The notes under the pieces are model-generated. The model searched no databases, was not told the origin of the DNA, and saw only the letters and a program-made list of their open reading frames with translations. DNA of 64,000 bases from Selaginella moellendorffii (taxonomy: Eukaryota; Plantae; Lycopodiophyta), in the NCBI RefSeq assembly GCF_000143415.4, contig NW_003314299.1:1141581-1205580 (forward strand), in the 5' to 3' direction. Positions 1 to 17,481 of the stretch are shown piece by piece. Numbering within the stretch: the stretch's first letter is position 1; the number at the start of each line of letters is the position of its first letter. A program made the position numbers and the translations under genes.

Positions 1-1448
1 GAATCGTTGATACTATGGTTGATTTTGTTGTTCTTGCCGATAGTAGTGTTGTTGGTGTTGCTGTAGCTATGGTTTTTGTTGGTCTTTTCTCTCGATGATC
101 CCTCCATCGTTGCTAGTAGCATCATCCCATTCCTGCCGATCGAGCCATCGCCCAAGATCGCCCTCTTCTTCCCCTCTTCTTGTTCCTGCCGCTGCTGCTT
201 TAGCCTCCACTCCTCCTCCACCGTCTTCTGGTCGTGGAAAGACAGCGATCCACACCCAAACCCCGTGCCTGGGAACGTCGCCTCCACCGGCAGCCTCGAG
301 CACTTGAGGCACATAAAGTCGAGCGCGAACGTCTCCTCAAAGTCCCCATTCTCGAAGCATCCACCGCAGTTGTCACACCTGGGAACGCAGCTCAGGCAGC
401 CCCGGCACTGCTGCTCCCCCGCGGACCACTTCTCGTGGCACTTGGTCCTCCAGCAGTCGTAAACCACCCGGAGAAGATCACACCTCGGGCATGCTTCCAC
501 GTCCAGGACCCTGTCGCCGTAGCCCCTGTGCGTGAGCCTATAGTAGAGCGGCCAGCACTTGTCCGGGCAGAGCGCCTCGCGCAGCTCCTGGATGCGCTCC
601 TTGGTGATGTCGTTCAAGCCCTCCACGCGCAGCCGCCGCAAGCGCTGGTATCCGGGCAGTGTGTGCCGCTGAGCCATCTTCACGACACCCTCGATCGTCA
701 ATCCCTTGCAACAGGACACGTCCAACTGGAAAGAACAAGATCACCAACAAAGTGTGTAAGAAACGCAGAAAACAGAGAAAACTTTGCTCACCTTTGTAAG
801 CATGGTGTTGCCAGCGAGAACACTCTCCAGCGACGCATCCGTGATCCTCTGGCAGTTCGCGAGCTTGAGGCTCTGGAGGCGTCCCTGGGCTCGGAGCGCC
901 AGGATCAGCAGCGCGGTGTCCGTGAGCTTCAAGTCCAGGGGCGGATCCAGCCTTAAGTTCTGCCAGTGTGGAGCCTCGCGCCTCACCATCTCCAGCAAAG
1001 GCTTGCAGACCATCTCCAGGGAAAGAAGCTCCTGGAGCCCGAGGTAGTGGATCACGTACCGGAAGGCCTCGTGTGGAGGGCCGGGAGATGGAAGAACCTC
1101 TCGCTCTTGTGCGCCCTGCTTGAGGATCTCCGCGGTGACCACCTCGGCTGGAAGTTGGCAGCAAATCGCTGGGTTGATCCCAAGCCAGTAGCAGTACCAC
1201 TGGAGGACGGAGACGAAATCCCTCCCATCGCCACACCAGCCCAACTTCGTCCCATACGAGGAGAACTTCTCGGGCGGGCGCGAAGGAAATGGAGCAAAGT
1301 TGGCATACTCGAGACCGCCGCCATAGCTGTGATCGTAGTACGGTGGAGGAGGCTGCTGCCCGCTTGTGTCGAATTCCACCCACGCGACATCGCCCCAGGA
1401 GTAACACGGTCGCTGGAACGCGAAGCCTTTGTCCAGAGATGACGCCAT
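1..1448 (-). CDS. F-box protein, SKIP14/SKIP28-like (F-box, LRR-like repeats, Cys-rich C-terminus); 3' end runs off the window
   Basis: Exon 1 has GPPHEAFRYVIHYLGLQELLSLEMVCKPL (F-box) and LQSLKLANCQRITDASL. After an intron at about 726-790, exon 2 reads LDVSCCKGLTIEGVV...DVEACPRC..VYDC..CRGCLSCVPRCDNCGGC..EETFALDFMCLKC and stays open to position 1. Confidence 0.8.
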
Positions 1449-1981
1449 AGCCGCCTTAGGTCTCCAAAAGGGAGGAAAGGGAGGAGAGAGAAGAAAAAGG
1501 GAAATCTGGAGGGAATTGAGAGCTAGAGAGAGCGAGAATGAGACCCTTCCCCGCCGCGCACTGGAAACGCGCCGAAGAGCGAAACCCTAGGTTGGATCCG
1601 ATGCGCCGGGCAGCAATACGCACCTCGATGGAACGGCCGCGCGGCGGGGAAGGCGTCAATCCGATCGGCGGGGGAGATTGGAGCGCGGCGCCAGTGGAAC
1701 CGGCGGCGTAGCAGCAGCGAAGAACAAGAAGAGGGAGCGCGCAAACACGCAACGAGGGCGATCCACACGCACTGCCGGAGAAAAAGAATAAAATTATTAG
1801 GGCACTCTTGGTGACGTGGATGCCGTACGCTAAATGGGCAGTGCTTACTTCGCGAATCATTCAAGAAATGCTGGCGTGTTCTTTGGATCCCGATTGGGAC
1901 GTATTCGAGCCGCAAGCCCTAATTTGCAAGCCCTAGATTTCAAAATCTTTTTTAAACTTCTGAGTTTGCGCGCGAAAGCTT

Positions 1982-3393
1982 TCACTTCGTCTGGAAGATG
2001 TTTTGGATCATCTTCTGGGGAGAATTCGCTGCTGCTGCTTCGATCTGGGCGATTTCGTCGCTGGAGAGCCGCCAGCCAAGCGCGCCCAGGTTCTCTCGTG
2101 CTTGATCCAGGGTCTTGACTCCGGGGATTGGGATCGTTCCCTTGCAAATGCACCAGTTGATGGCTACCTTTTGGACGAACGCAAAAGGCATAAGAAAGAT
2201 CTCAGCAGTGGAATCGAATTTGATTACCTGTGACATTGTCTTCTTCCTTTTTCTCGCGATTTCTTCCAGGGCGTCCAGCAGCGGTGTAATTCCCGGCAAA
2301 ACTCGAGAGAAGAGCAATCCCCTGCGCGTACGTGTTAACGTAATGGTGGATCAAAAGAGAATTTCTCAGATACCGCGGTCCCTGTGGAAAGATGGTTGAC
2401 GACGCTTGGTATTTTCCCGTGAGCATTCCAAGTCCTAAAGGACTGTAAGCAATGACTTTGATTCCCAAGTCATCGCACACGGATTTAACCTCCATTTGAT
2501 CGGTCCCCATGCTTAGAAGAGAGAATTGGACCTGAAAATCAAACAAGAAGTTCCAAAGAAGAAAGGACTATCTAGACCTGGGCAGAGCTTAGAGGAACTC
2601 CTTGCTTTTCCAAATACTTGTGGATTTTTACCAGTTGCTTCGGTCCATAGTTACTTACACCCACGGCCTTCACAAGTCCCTGGCAGTAATTTTATCATGT
2701 TTTTTTCTTACCGTCGTAGCAAACTAACTTGGAGCATACCTCCTTGTAAATTTCCGCAAGGCCGGACCACAGTGCTTGTTCTTGGAATGGAGCATAATTT
2801 GCAGCTGACCAATGCAGCTGACCAATTCCAAGCTGTTCCAGTTGTAATCTTCGCAAAGATCCTCTGAAAACCAAAGAAAACAAACTTCCAAAATCACGTA
2901 AAAAGGAGAAAACTTACTTGCAAGCTTGAACCATTTGCCATGGTGTAACTCGCCATGGATAAGCTGCAAACTTGGTGGCAATCACAATATCTTTTTGAGT
3001 GCCTGGGAAGAACAGAGTTTCATTGAGAGAAGCGCAAATGTGGATTAAGATCTTAAACCTTGTTGGAACTCCCGGATAAATTTGCCCAGAAGAATCTCGC
3101 TTCGCCCATTCAGTTTTCCTGTGCCATACGAATCCGCTGTGTCAAAGAAATTAACACCCTTGGAAGTTGCAAAGTTGAAGAGCTGCTGAAGCTCGTTGTC
3201 CATGGAGGGATTGTATCCCCACAGCAGTGTGTTACCCCATGCCCAAGTTCCCAATCCCATTGGAGAGACCTTTACAGGGCCAAGCTTCACCTTTGCCACA
3301 GAGAATCTCAGAATGGATTGATTTCTGGAATAATCTTCCAGTTACCTTGTCCCATGGCCAAAGTGCTGGCATGAATGGTAGTAGTGAAGACAT
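1982..3393 (-). CDS. PLR1: Pyridoxal reductase (aldo-keto reductase), multi-exon
   Basis: [79 protein letters not shown]-terminal [10 protein letters not shown]; matches plant PLR1 as I recall it. Confidence 0.88.
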
Positions 3394-3539
3394 AGATTCT
3401 TGAGGGAAGAAACTGTGAAATAAAAAAGACTTTAAAGGCTGCTTGGATAATTTAGAGGTTCTGTGAAACAAAGGTTATATATCCAAATCTTGCTGTGCAG
3501 AATGAGATTTATTTTATCAAAATTGTGTGTGCAAAAGCC

Positions 3540-4421
3540 TTAATGAGACTTTGCAAAAGAATAATTAGTTCGTATTGTACAAAATCTGGTGCGCCAACAC
3601 CTGAATAAAGAAGCCATAAGATGGATTTTATTCAGGAAAAAAACACTAGCATCCTTCACCCGTTCAACACCCCTCACTCTCGCACCGCTGGTAAACTTCC
3701 GCTTGCAGACGGAACATCTTAGGCGCTGTTGGTCATGCTCCTTGTTGTTAAAGTAATCAAATCTAGTCTCCTGGCCGCAAAATATACACGGAACTAGCTT
3801 TTCAGTGTCTTGCTTAAACGCCATTGATCTCTTTCTCTTCAGGCTTTTCTCCAAACCGGGCTTGCCCAGCCCAATCGGCACCCTACAGTCACTCAAAATC
3901 TGAGCTTCACGAGGCCTTGGATTAGAAAAACTTGAGCTTTTGAGTGGCACAAGATCATGAAGAACTGCACTGGAAGATGAAGATATGTGCATAAAATCAT
4001 GTAAAACTGGCTGTGAAGTTGAAGATGTTATGTTCTTCCTGTGCATGCTTGAAACCTCCAAATCAGGCAGTGCCCTTAGTTGGCTGTTCATGTTTGCTAT
4101 AAGAGCAAAACGATCCTCTTCATCCATTGCAGCAGCACCACCACTAGAACTTTCCTCTGTTTCATCTGATGACAATAACGACGACTCCGGCGAGCCCCCA
4201 GATCCAGCAATGGCTTCCGGTTTAGCATCAAATCCTCCAGCTTCATCTATACCTAGCGCTTCATCGCGAGTTACGTTTCCTGTGATTACAGTTTTCACAA
4301 TTATTGAATCCGTCTCCCTCCCCCTCAAAGATGTAATATGTTTGTGACAACTTTCGAGCGATGGGTGCCAGGTTTCCGTGAGAAGAATCACACCTCTGGC
4401 ACCCCGATCATCTGGCCGCAT
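3540..4421 (-). CDS. Non-canonical Dof-like zinc-finger protein 1 (C-terminal CX2CX20CX2C)
   Basis: 293-aa ORF containing CIFCGQETRFDYFNNKEHDQQRLRCSVCKRKFTSGARVRG. TATA-like element at 4431-4438. Exact start codon and a possible terminal intron (about 3601-3660) are uncertain. Confidence 0.65.
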   Translation of the reverse strand: MRPDDRGARGVILLTETWHPSLESCHKHITSLRGRETDSIIVKTVITGNVTRDEALGIDEAGGFDAKPEAIAGSGGSPESSLLSSDETEESSSGGAAAMDEEDRFALIANMNSQLRALPDLEVSSMHRKNITSSTSQPVLHDFMHISSSSSAVLHDLVPLKSSSFSNPRPREAQILSDCRVPIGLGKPGLEKSLKRKRSMAFKQDTEKLVPCIFCGQETRFDYFNNKEHDQQRLRCSVCKRKFTSGARVRGVERVKDASVFFLNKIHLMASLFRCWRTRFCTIRTNYSFAKSH

Positions 4422-4728
4422 CTCATCACCTATATAAACTTTTTGGAAACTTTTTGAGTGTAACTAGAAACCTTGGATTCATAAGGTCCTAATTATAGTG
4501 AAAAAAAAGGAAACATAAGGCCATAAAACCTTTAGGCCAAAACCCAAAACCCTGAATTTTTTGTGTGTGTTTGTTCTTGTTCGTGTTCTTCGCTGCTTCG
4601 CCACTTTTTTTCGTCTTCCCCAAACCAGGTTTTGCTCTTGCAATCTCCATCACTCTAGTGAAACATAGCTGCTGCTCGATGCCCAGCCACCGGAACCAAA
4701 GCACCCCAACACAAAGGATCCCGCTTGT

Positions 4729-5336
4729 CTACTCGTCGACGACGTTGACAAGCTCGTACTCCACAGCGGATAGGTTGTTGTCTTCCTTGACTGTGAAACT
4801 CTCGTCGGCTGCTGGCTCCACCCTTCCCCATTTGTCCACCGCCAAGCGCATGGACCCCTTGAACATGTCGATCTTGGCGTTTCGGAGGTTTACTGTCACT
4901 CCTGGCTTCATTAGATCCACTGCAAAAAATCGAGAAAGAAACAAGGAGTTAGCAATCCAAAGAACTTGCAGACAGATGTAAGAACGAGACGATCCAAAGA
5001 ACTTGTAAGAACGAAACTATCCAAAGAACTTGTAAGAATGAAACCATCGCACAAGAGCTAGATCCAATCCAAACAACTTGAGCGAAGCAAGAAAACCAAG
5101 CTGAAAGAACGAGTGAAAATACCTTGTTCGTTCCTGGCAGTGAAGATGATCACTCCAGTGTCATCACCGACGACACACTCCGCGATTCGGACCTGGCGAA
5201 CGTTTTGGCCGTCGGGTCTCGCTTTCCTGAGCACCATTTTCGACGAGACCACCTTGACGACGAGCGTGTGCCCGGTGGTGCCCGGGCGGAGCTGGTCGAC
5301 CTTGATAAACACGGGCTTTCGCAAGGAAGCGGCCAT
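4729..5336 (-). CDS. Small OB-fold nucleic-acid-binding protein (At4g28440-like), 2 exons
   Basis: LRKPVFIKVDQLRPGTTGHTLVVKV...IAECVVGDDTGVIIFTARNEQ/VDLMKPG..LRNAKIDMFKGSMRLAVDKWGR..NNLSAVEYELV; GT-AG intron at about 4921-5122. Confidence 0.9.
4954..5046. repeat. About 3 copies of a ~27-bp tandem repeat in the OB-fold gene intron
   Basis: atccaaagaacttg(t/c)a..aacga(a/g)ac recurs at about 4954, 4992 and 5019. Confidence 0.7.
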
Positions 5337-6181
5337 CTACACCACACTCGAGAGCAAAATTTCGCAAAGAACGGCGAATGCGGCGCTCAATCCTGGGGAT
5401 CTAGCAGCGAATTTACCTGGACAGCGCCAAGAGATGGATCGATCACCGAGCGAGCGCCACGGACGAAGAAACCCTAACGCGCAAAATTTCCCTCTCGTGC
5501 GTGCCCTAAACGAAGCTTCGAAATGGATTATAAAAAGTGAAATCGGGCCGTTAACTTGCGTGGATTTACCCCTGACAAGGGTGAAAAAGGCCGTCCGAAT
5601 ATTCTAATCGTATAATTTTGTCATTTTCCCAGAGAGGTAGTGACGCATCAACATCGAAATCTTCTCTCCGTTTGGTAACAGGTACGTGTCCTTCTCTCTG
5701 GCGGCCCACTCCAAGAACCCTAAAAATCTCTGGCCCCATTGGGATGGTGGGAGAGGGGAGATTTTCACGGTAGCTCGCAATGCCACCAGCAGCGAGGGGG
5801 TCCACATGGAATTCGGGTAGAGATGCTCCCATCGATCGCTCGATCGGCATAAACAAAATGGAATGGAAGGTTGCTCGCTGTCTACTTCAAGAAGGTTAGG
5901 TTCTTGCGCGCCTCGCCCAGGGATATTTCTTGCCTTGAGCACGCAGATTTCCAGCGAGCAGCGCAGCGCCAGCGCCAGAGAGCCAATGCCGGCAGATTCT
6001 TAGCTTGCAAGGCCTCCTTGCGAGAGATTGCGGTCGATTCCAGGCGCCGGTAAGTGAATTGGCAGGGATTTCGGTTGTTCTTGGCGATATTTCGAGCGGA
6101 TCTCACGATCTTTGGCAGCTGTCGGCGAGATTTGGGACCTGGAACACCGGCATCGAGAGAATCCCGCGATAATCCACCTCC

Positions 6182-7126
6182 ATGGCTCTGTTCCCGTCGC
6201 CAAATCCCAAGAACAAGCCGTCCTGGAAGCTCCTCCCGATTCTCATCCTCGTCGTCTTCTCCCTCGCCTTCTTACTCTTCCGCGACGCTAGCAATCCCTC
6301 GCAATCCCTCGCATCTTCTTCTTCTTCTTCTTCCTCCTCCTCTCCCTCCTCGCAGATCGTCCTCGTCCCCGTGAAGAACACAATCTCGGTCCCAATGACG
6401 GTGGAGCGCCTCCCGCACGATCTCATGACCGCGCTCGTCCACTACGCCTCCACCGACACGACGCCACAGCAGACCCGCGAGGAGATCCTCATGACCGCCA
6501 AGGTCCTCGCCAGCCGCGGCCCTTGCAACTTCCTCGTCTTCGGGCTTGGCCACGATAGCCTCCTCTGGAAGATGCTCAACTACGCCGGAAGAACAGTGTT
6601 CCTGGAGGAGTCCGAGGATTGGATCCGGCAGATCAGCGAGAAACATCCGGAGCTAGAGACCCATATCGTGGAGTACAGCACAGTTCTCACCGAGGCCGAT
6701 CAGCTGCTAGAACACGCTCGATCCAATCGAAAGGGGAAGTGTACTGCCGTCCAGAATTTGCTACTCTCCGAGTGTAAGCTCGCGCTCAATGGGCTGGCGG
6801 ACGAGCTCTTCCAGGTGGAGTGGGATGTGATCATGGTGGACGCGCCGCGCGGGTATTTCCCCGGCGCGCCCGGGAGGATGGCGGCGATCTTCAGCGCGGC
6901 GGTGATGGCGCGGAGCCGCAAGACTGGGAATGGGACGGATGTGTTCGTGCACGATGTGGAGCGCCCCGTGGAGCGCAGCTACTCGGAGGAGTTTTTGTGC
7001 CGGGAGAATTTGGTGGAGGAATCGGTGACGAGCCATCTGTGGCATTTTAGGGTTCTTCCCAGCCCCGTGGGCAGGCACGAGTTTTGCGTTGCATCGTCTT
7101 CCTCGGGGGGATCTCCCGCCAATTGA
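6182..7126 (+). CDS. DUF579 glucuronoxylan/arabinogalactan 4-O-methyltransferase (GXM/AGM-like), intronless CDS
   Basis: N-terminal TM anchor; PCNFLVFGLGHDSLLW, RTVFLEE, WDVIMVDAPRGYFPGAPGRMAAIFSA, DVFVHDVER. Probable 5'UTR intron at about 6050-6118. Confidence 0.9.
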   Translation: MALFPSPNPKNKPSWKLLPILILVVFSLAFLLFRDASNPSQSLASSSSSSSSSSPSSQIVLVPVKNTISVPMTVERLPHDLMTALVHYASTDTTPQQTREEILMTAKVLASRGPCNFLVFGLGHDSLLWKMLNYAGRTVFLEESEDWIRQISEKHPELETHIVEYSTVLTEADQLLEHARSNRKGKCTAVQNLLLSECKLALNGLADELFQVEWDVIMVDAPRGYFPGAPGRMAAIFSAAVMARSRKTGNGTDVFVHDVERPVERSYSEEFLCRENLVEESVTSHLWHFRVLPSPVGRHEFCVASSSSGGSPAN

Positions 7127-7323
7127 GCTCGTGTGATCTTTCCTCCTTTCTAGAGAAATTTAGGGTTCTTCCAAAGGGCATTTCTCGATGCTATGATTTG
7201 TCGCATTTTTTTTATCAATCGTGCGCGCGTCTTCTCGACGAGAGAGCTAGATCTTCCTAGGACGAATCTTTCTTAAAGATACCTTCTTCCCCTAGGACAA
7301 TATTTTAGGGCTCTAGCGCGGCA

Positions 7324-11465
<4,142 letters not shown>

Positions 11466-11536
11466 AGCAAGGTTCGCTTTGTTCTGTAAACTAGATTTGT
11501 TTCTGACTCAATGTTTAGGGGTTTGCAGCTTCCACA

Positions 11537-12378
11537 ATGGCAGCAGCATGTCCTTGCGCTTCCGTCTCCCGGCCTGGAATGCTCTCGAGCATGGGTTTTC
11601 TCAGAAATCAATGCTATCAGCTCCAGAAGAGAGTGGCATTTCCCGCAAGAAGCTGGACACGCAGATTGGCTACTGTCGCATATATGGAGAATTCGAGCAG
11701 CAACCCAGTCGCCAAGCTCGTTAGTTCACTCCCTATCGTGGGTCTGTTCATGAGGATACTCAGTGACGAAGGTGGAATAGGAGGTGATAGAGTGGATTTT
11801 CCGGACTTTTACACAAGGGTGCAGAAGAGATGTCCGGAGGACGCGTCAGGAGCGTTCGCTCGTTTTGTAGAGCGCCACGGCAAGGTAGATTTTTACTTCG
11901 CAACTAAGAACTCATTTTTTTTCCCTTTCTTCTTCCAGGTAGCGAAGCCAATGTTCGTGCTTGTTTGGTGCTGGGTAGCTGCAGTCGGCGCTGGTCTCCT
12001 TAAAAGTGAGGACATTGCAATGGCGGCTTCTCGTCTCAGAGTTTCTTACGACGTCCAGTACGAGGTCGACTGCTTTGGCCTTCTCATGGACGAAGCTCTA
12101 CAGGTTCGGGAGCATCTCTGTCTTCACAGTTTCGTAATCTCACGCAGCTTGTTTTCGTTTAGAAACGAAGAAAGTCTAATTCACCAGTTCCGGACGTGCC
12201 AATGATCACACGGATCGATAAAGCTCTAGACGGGATTTGTGCGTGCTCCATCGGGACAAAAAAAATCTCCAAGGAGGACGCTGAGCTGCTCTCCAAGATG
12301 ATGTCGGCAGTCTTTCCGGGAGTCCCAGCACGCGAGATTGATGAGCTCGTCGAAACTCGAGTGTCCAGTGCAAGCTGA
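11537..12378 (+). CDS. PSA3: Photosystem I assembly factor PSA3, chloroplast; 3 exons
   Basis: Transit-peptide-like N-terminus, then VAYME..SLPIVGL..ILSDEGG.G.D.VDF, CWVAAVGAGLLKSE, R.DKALDGIC.C, AVFP; matches PSA3 as I recall it. Confidence 0.85.
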
Positions 12379-12871
12379 GCGAACAAAACTAGAGGTACTT
12401 TTGATTTTTACACTATTATAATTTTTTTGCTCTCGCAGCACAGCTTGAGATCTCCGCTACTCACTTAATCCTTGATGTGTTTACTTTCTCAAGGATTTTC
12501 TTGGGAACTAAGAGATGTTTCTCGATTTTAGTCTTGCAAAGCTGAGAGATTGAAGATCCTTTGCTTCTCAAGCGTTGTTTGGCTTTCCAGGTCTCTCAGC
12601 TTTGACGAGAAAACTGTCCCTGCGATTTCGTCGCTAAACAGGTTCGCAAAGCTTTCCTCGTTTTCTTTGCTTAAAGGTCACGCCATTCCTCTACAGGGAA
12701 ATGCCATGCTTTGTACAAACGTCCTCTTCTACAAGAGCCTTCTCCTCCAAGACCAATGGCGAAAGCCAAGAACCACCGAGAGGGAAGTTGGAAAGCTAGC
12801 GAAAAACCAAGAACCTCCGAGAAAGGGGAAAAAATGGAAAAGGTAAATTTACACATTGCATTGATCGAAGC

Positions 12872-13432
12872 TCACGACTTTGGATCCATGGCGTGGAGCT
12901 TGGCCAGCCTCTTGCGCTCCTCCCCGCGCAGCTTGGCGCCGGGAGTGAACTTCCTCTTGCACCTCAAGCAGCGCCGCCGCGGTTGATCGTGCCGGTGATT
13001 GTTAAAGTAGTCGAATCGCGTCGCGGATCCACAAAAGATGCATGCCACCGCTGCCGGATCATCCCTGCGCCTCAAATCGCTGGCCGGAGGAGGAGGAGGA
13101 GGAGGAAGAGGAGGGCGAGGCAAATCCTCCGCGCTCGCTGGAGAAGTCACTGCGCTGCTCGATCCCAGAGGCGCTCCGGCAAACCCCAGCGTGAGCCATG
13201 GTTTCTTGCCGCCAAGGTCGGGAGCGCCAGTGTCTCGAGACGAGGACGACGATGACGACCTCTCGCAGCTCGCGCTCGCGCTCGTCGATGGGCTCCCGCC
13301 CTTGCAGAGCGCGAGGCCCAGATCGAGCTCCTCCCCCGGACGATCCTTGTGATCTTGGGCGATCAAAGTCGCGATTTGGAGCTCTAGCTTGCGGAGGAGA
13401 GTGGTGTCCTGGTGGCGGCGATGATCATCCAT
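12872..13432 (-). CDS. Non-canonical Dof-like zinc-finger protein 2 with LxLxL (EAR-like) motif
   Basis: ATG at 13432, 186 aa; ELDLGLAL; C-terminal CIFCGSATRFDYFNNHRHDQPRRRCLRCKRKFTPGAKLRG. TATATAAA on the minus strand at about 13493-13500. Confidence 0.72.
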   Translation of the reverse strand: MDDHRRHQDTTLLRKLELQIATLIAQDHKDRPGEELDLGLALCKGGSPSTSASASCERSSSSSSSRDTGAPDLGGKKPWLTLGFAGAPLGSSSAVTSPASAEDLPRPPLPPPPPPPASDLRRRDDPAAVACIFCGSATRFDYFNNHRHDQPRRRCLRCKRKFTPGAKLRGEERKRLAKLHAMDPKS

Positions 13433-13484
13433 GGAAGAGAAGAAGAGAGGAAAAGGAAGAGAAAAAAGCAATGCATTACTTTAG

Positions 13485-13675
13485 CTTTAGGGTTTATATA
13501 GAGCCACCGACAATAAAAGGGAACTGACGTGTCTAGAAAGATTTATATGAGAGCTAATTTTTACTATGGAATTAAAGTCGTTATGTGACTAGGATTTAGG
13601 GTTAAAGCCCAGGGGTTAAAGTAGTTTAGGGTTAGGGTTTATAGCTTTTTAAAGTCCTGGTTTAGGGCTTTAGCG
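13485..13675. promoter_or_regulatory. Short bidirectional promoter with telo-boxes, TATA and a TGACGT site
   Basis: 246 bp between divergent ATGs. TTAGGGTT motifs at about 13487, 13596 and 13626-13640; TGACGT at 13525. Confidence 0.55.
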
Positions 13676-13678
13676 GGA

Positions 13679-16880
<3,202 letters not shown>

Positions 16881-17481
16881 CAAAAACTTCATGACACACA
16901 CACACACATGCTAGACTTGTTTTGGATCTTTGTGTTGATTAAACACAGGAAACTATGATGTTTTGGACTGGAGCCCTTGACTCTGACTACGAGCATGACA
17001 GTGGAAGTTACATTTTTAAATGGCAAAGCACACGAGAGAAGATTAAAGAAAATGGCCAGTGGGACTGACTGGAAGAACATGCATCTCATCAGAGATAGAA
17101 AGTTACACCTCAATTTAAAATCTTTTTCTTTTTTACACAAACATTAAACAGTAGCATAAGGTGGGATGGTATCCATCCACACTTTTTTTCATTTTGATGG
17201 GCAGACAACACAAAACTTGCAATAAATTAAAAGAATCCTCCACTACACAGAGAGGTGGCATGGTATCCATCCAAACCGAGGATCTCCTGTGCAAATCCTA
17301 CAGGCTCAAACGATACCTTACGCTCTCACTCTCTCCAGGCTCCCAAATTTTTACACTAGACCTCTACACTACACTCACCAACAAAGCAAGAAATAAAGAA
17401 AGAGAGAGAAGGAGAGATAGGTAACTTACATCCTCCCTTTGAAGACGAAGAAAGCTCGAGTGTGTGTGGCTCCCCAAAAAT

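Noticed and set aside
5566-6106. Short minus-strand ORFs between the OB-fold and DUF579 genes
   Set aside because: No recognisable motifs; the region looks like a promoter/5'UTR with telo-boxes and a UTR intron.
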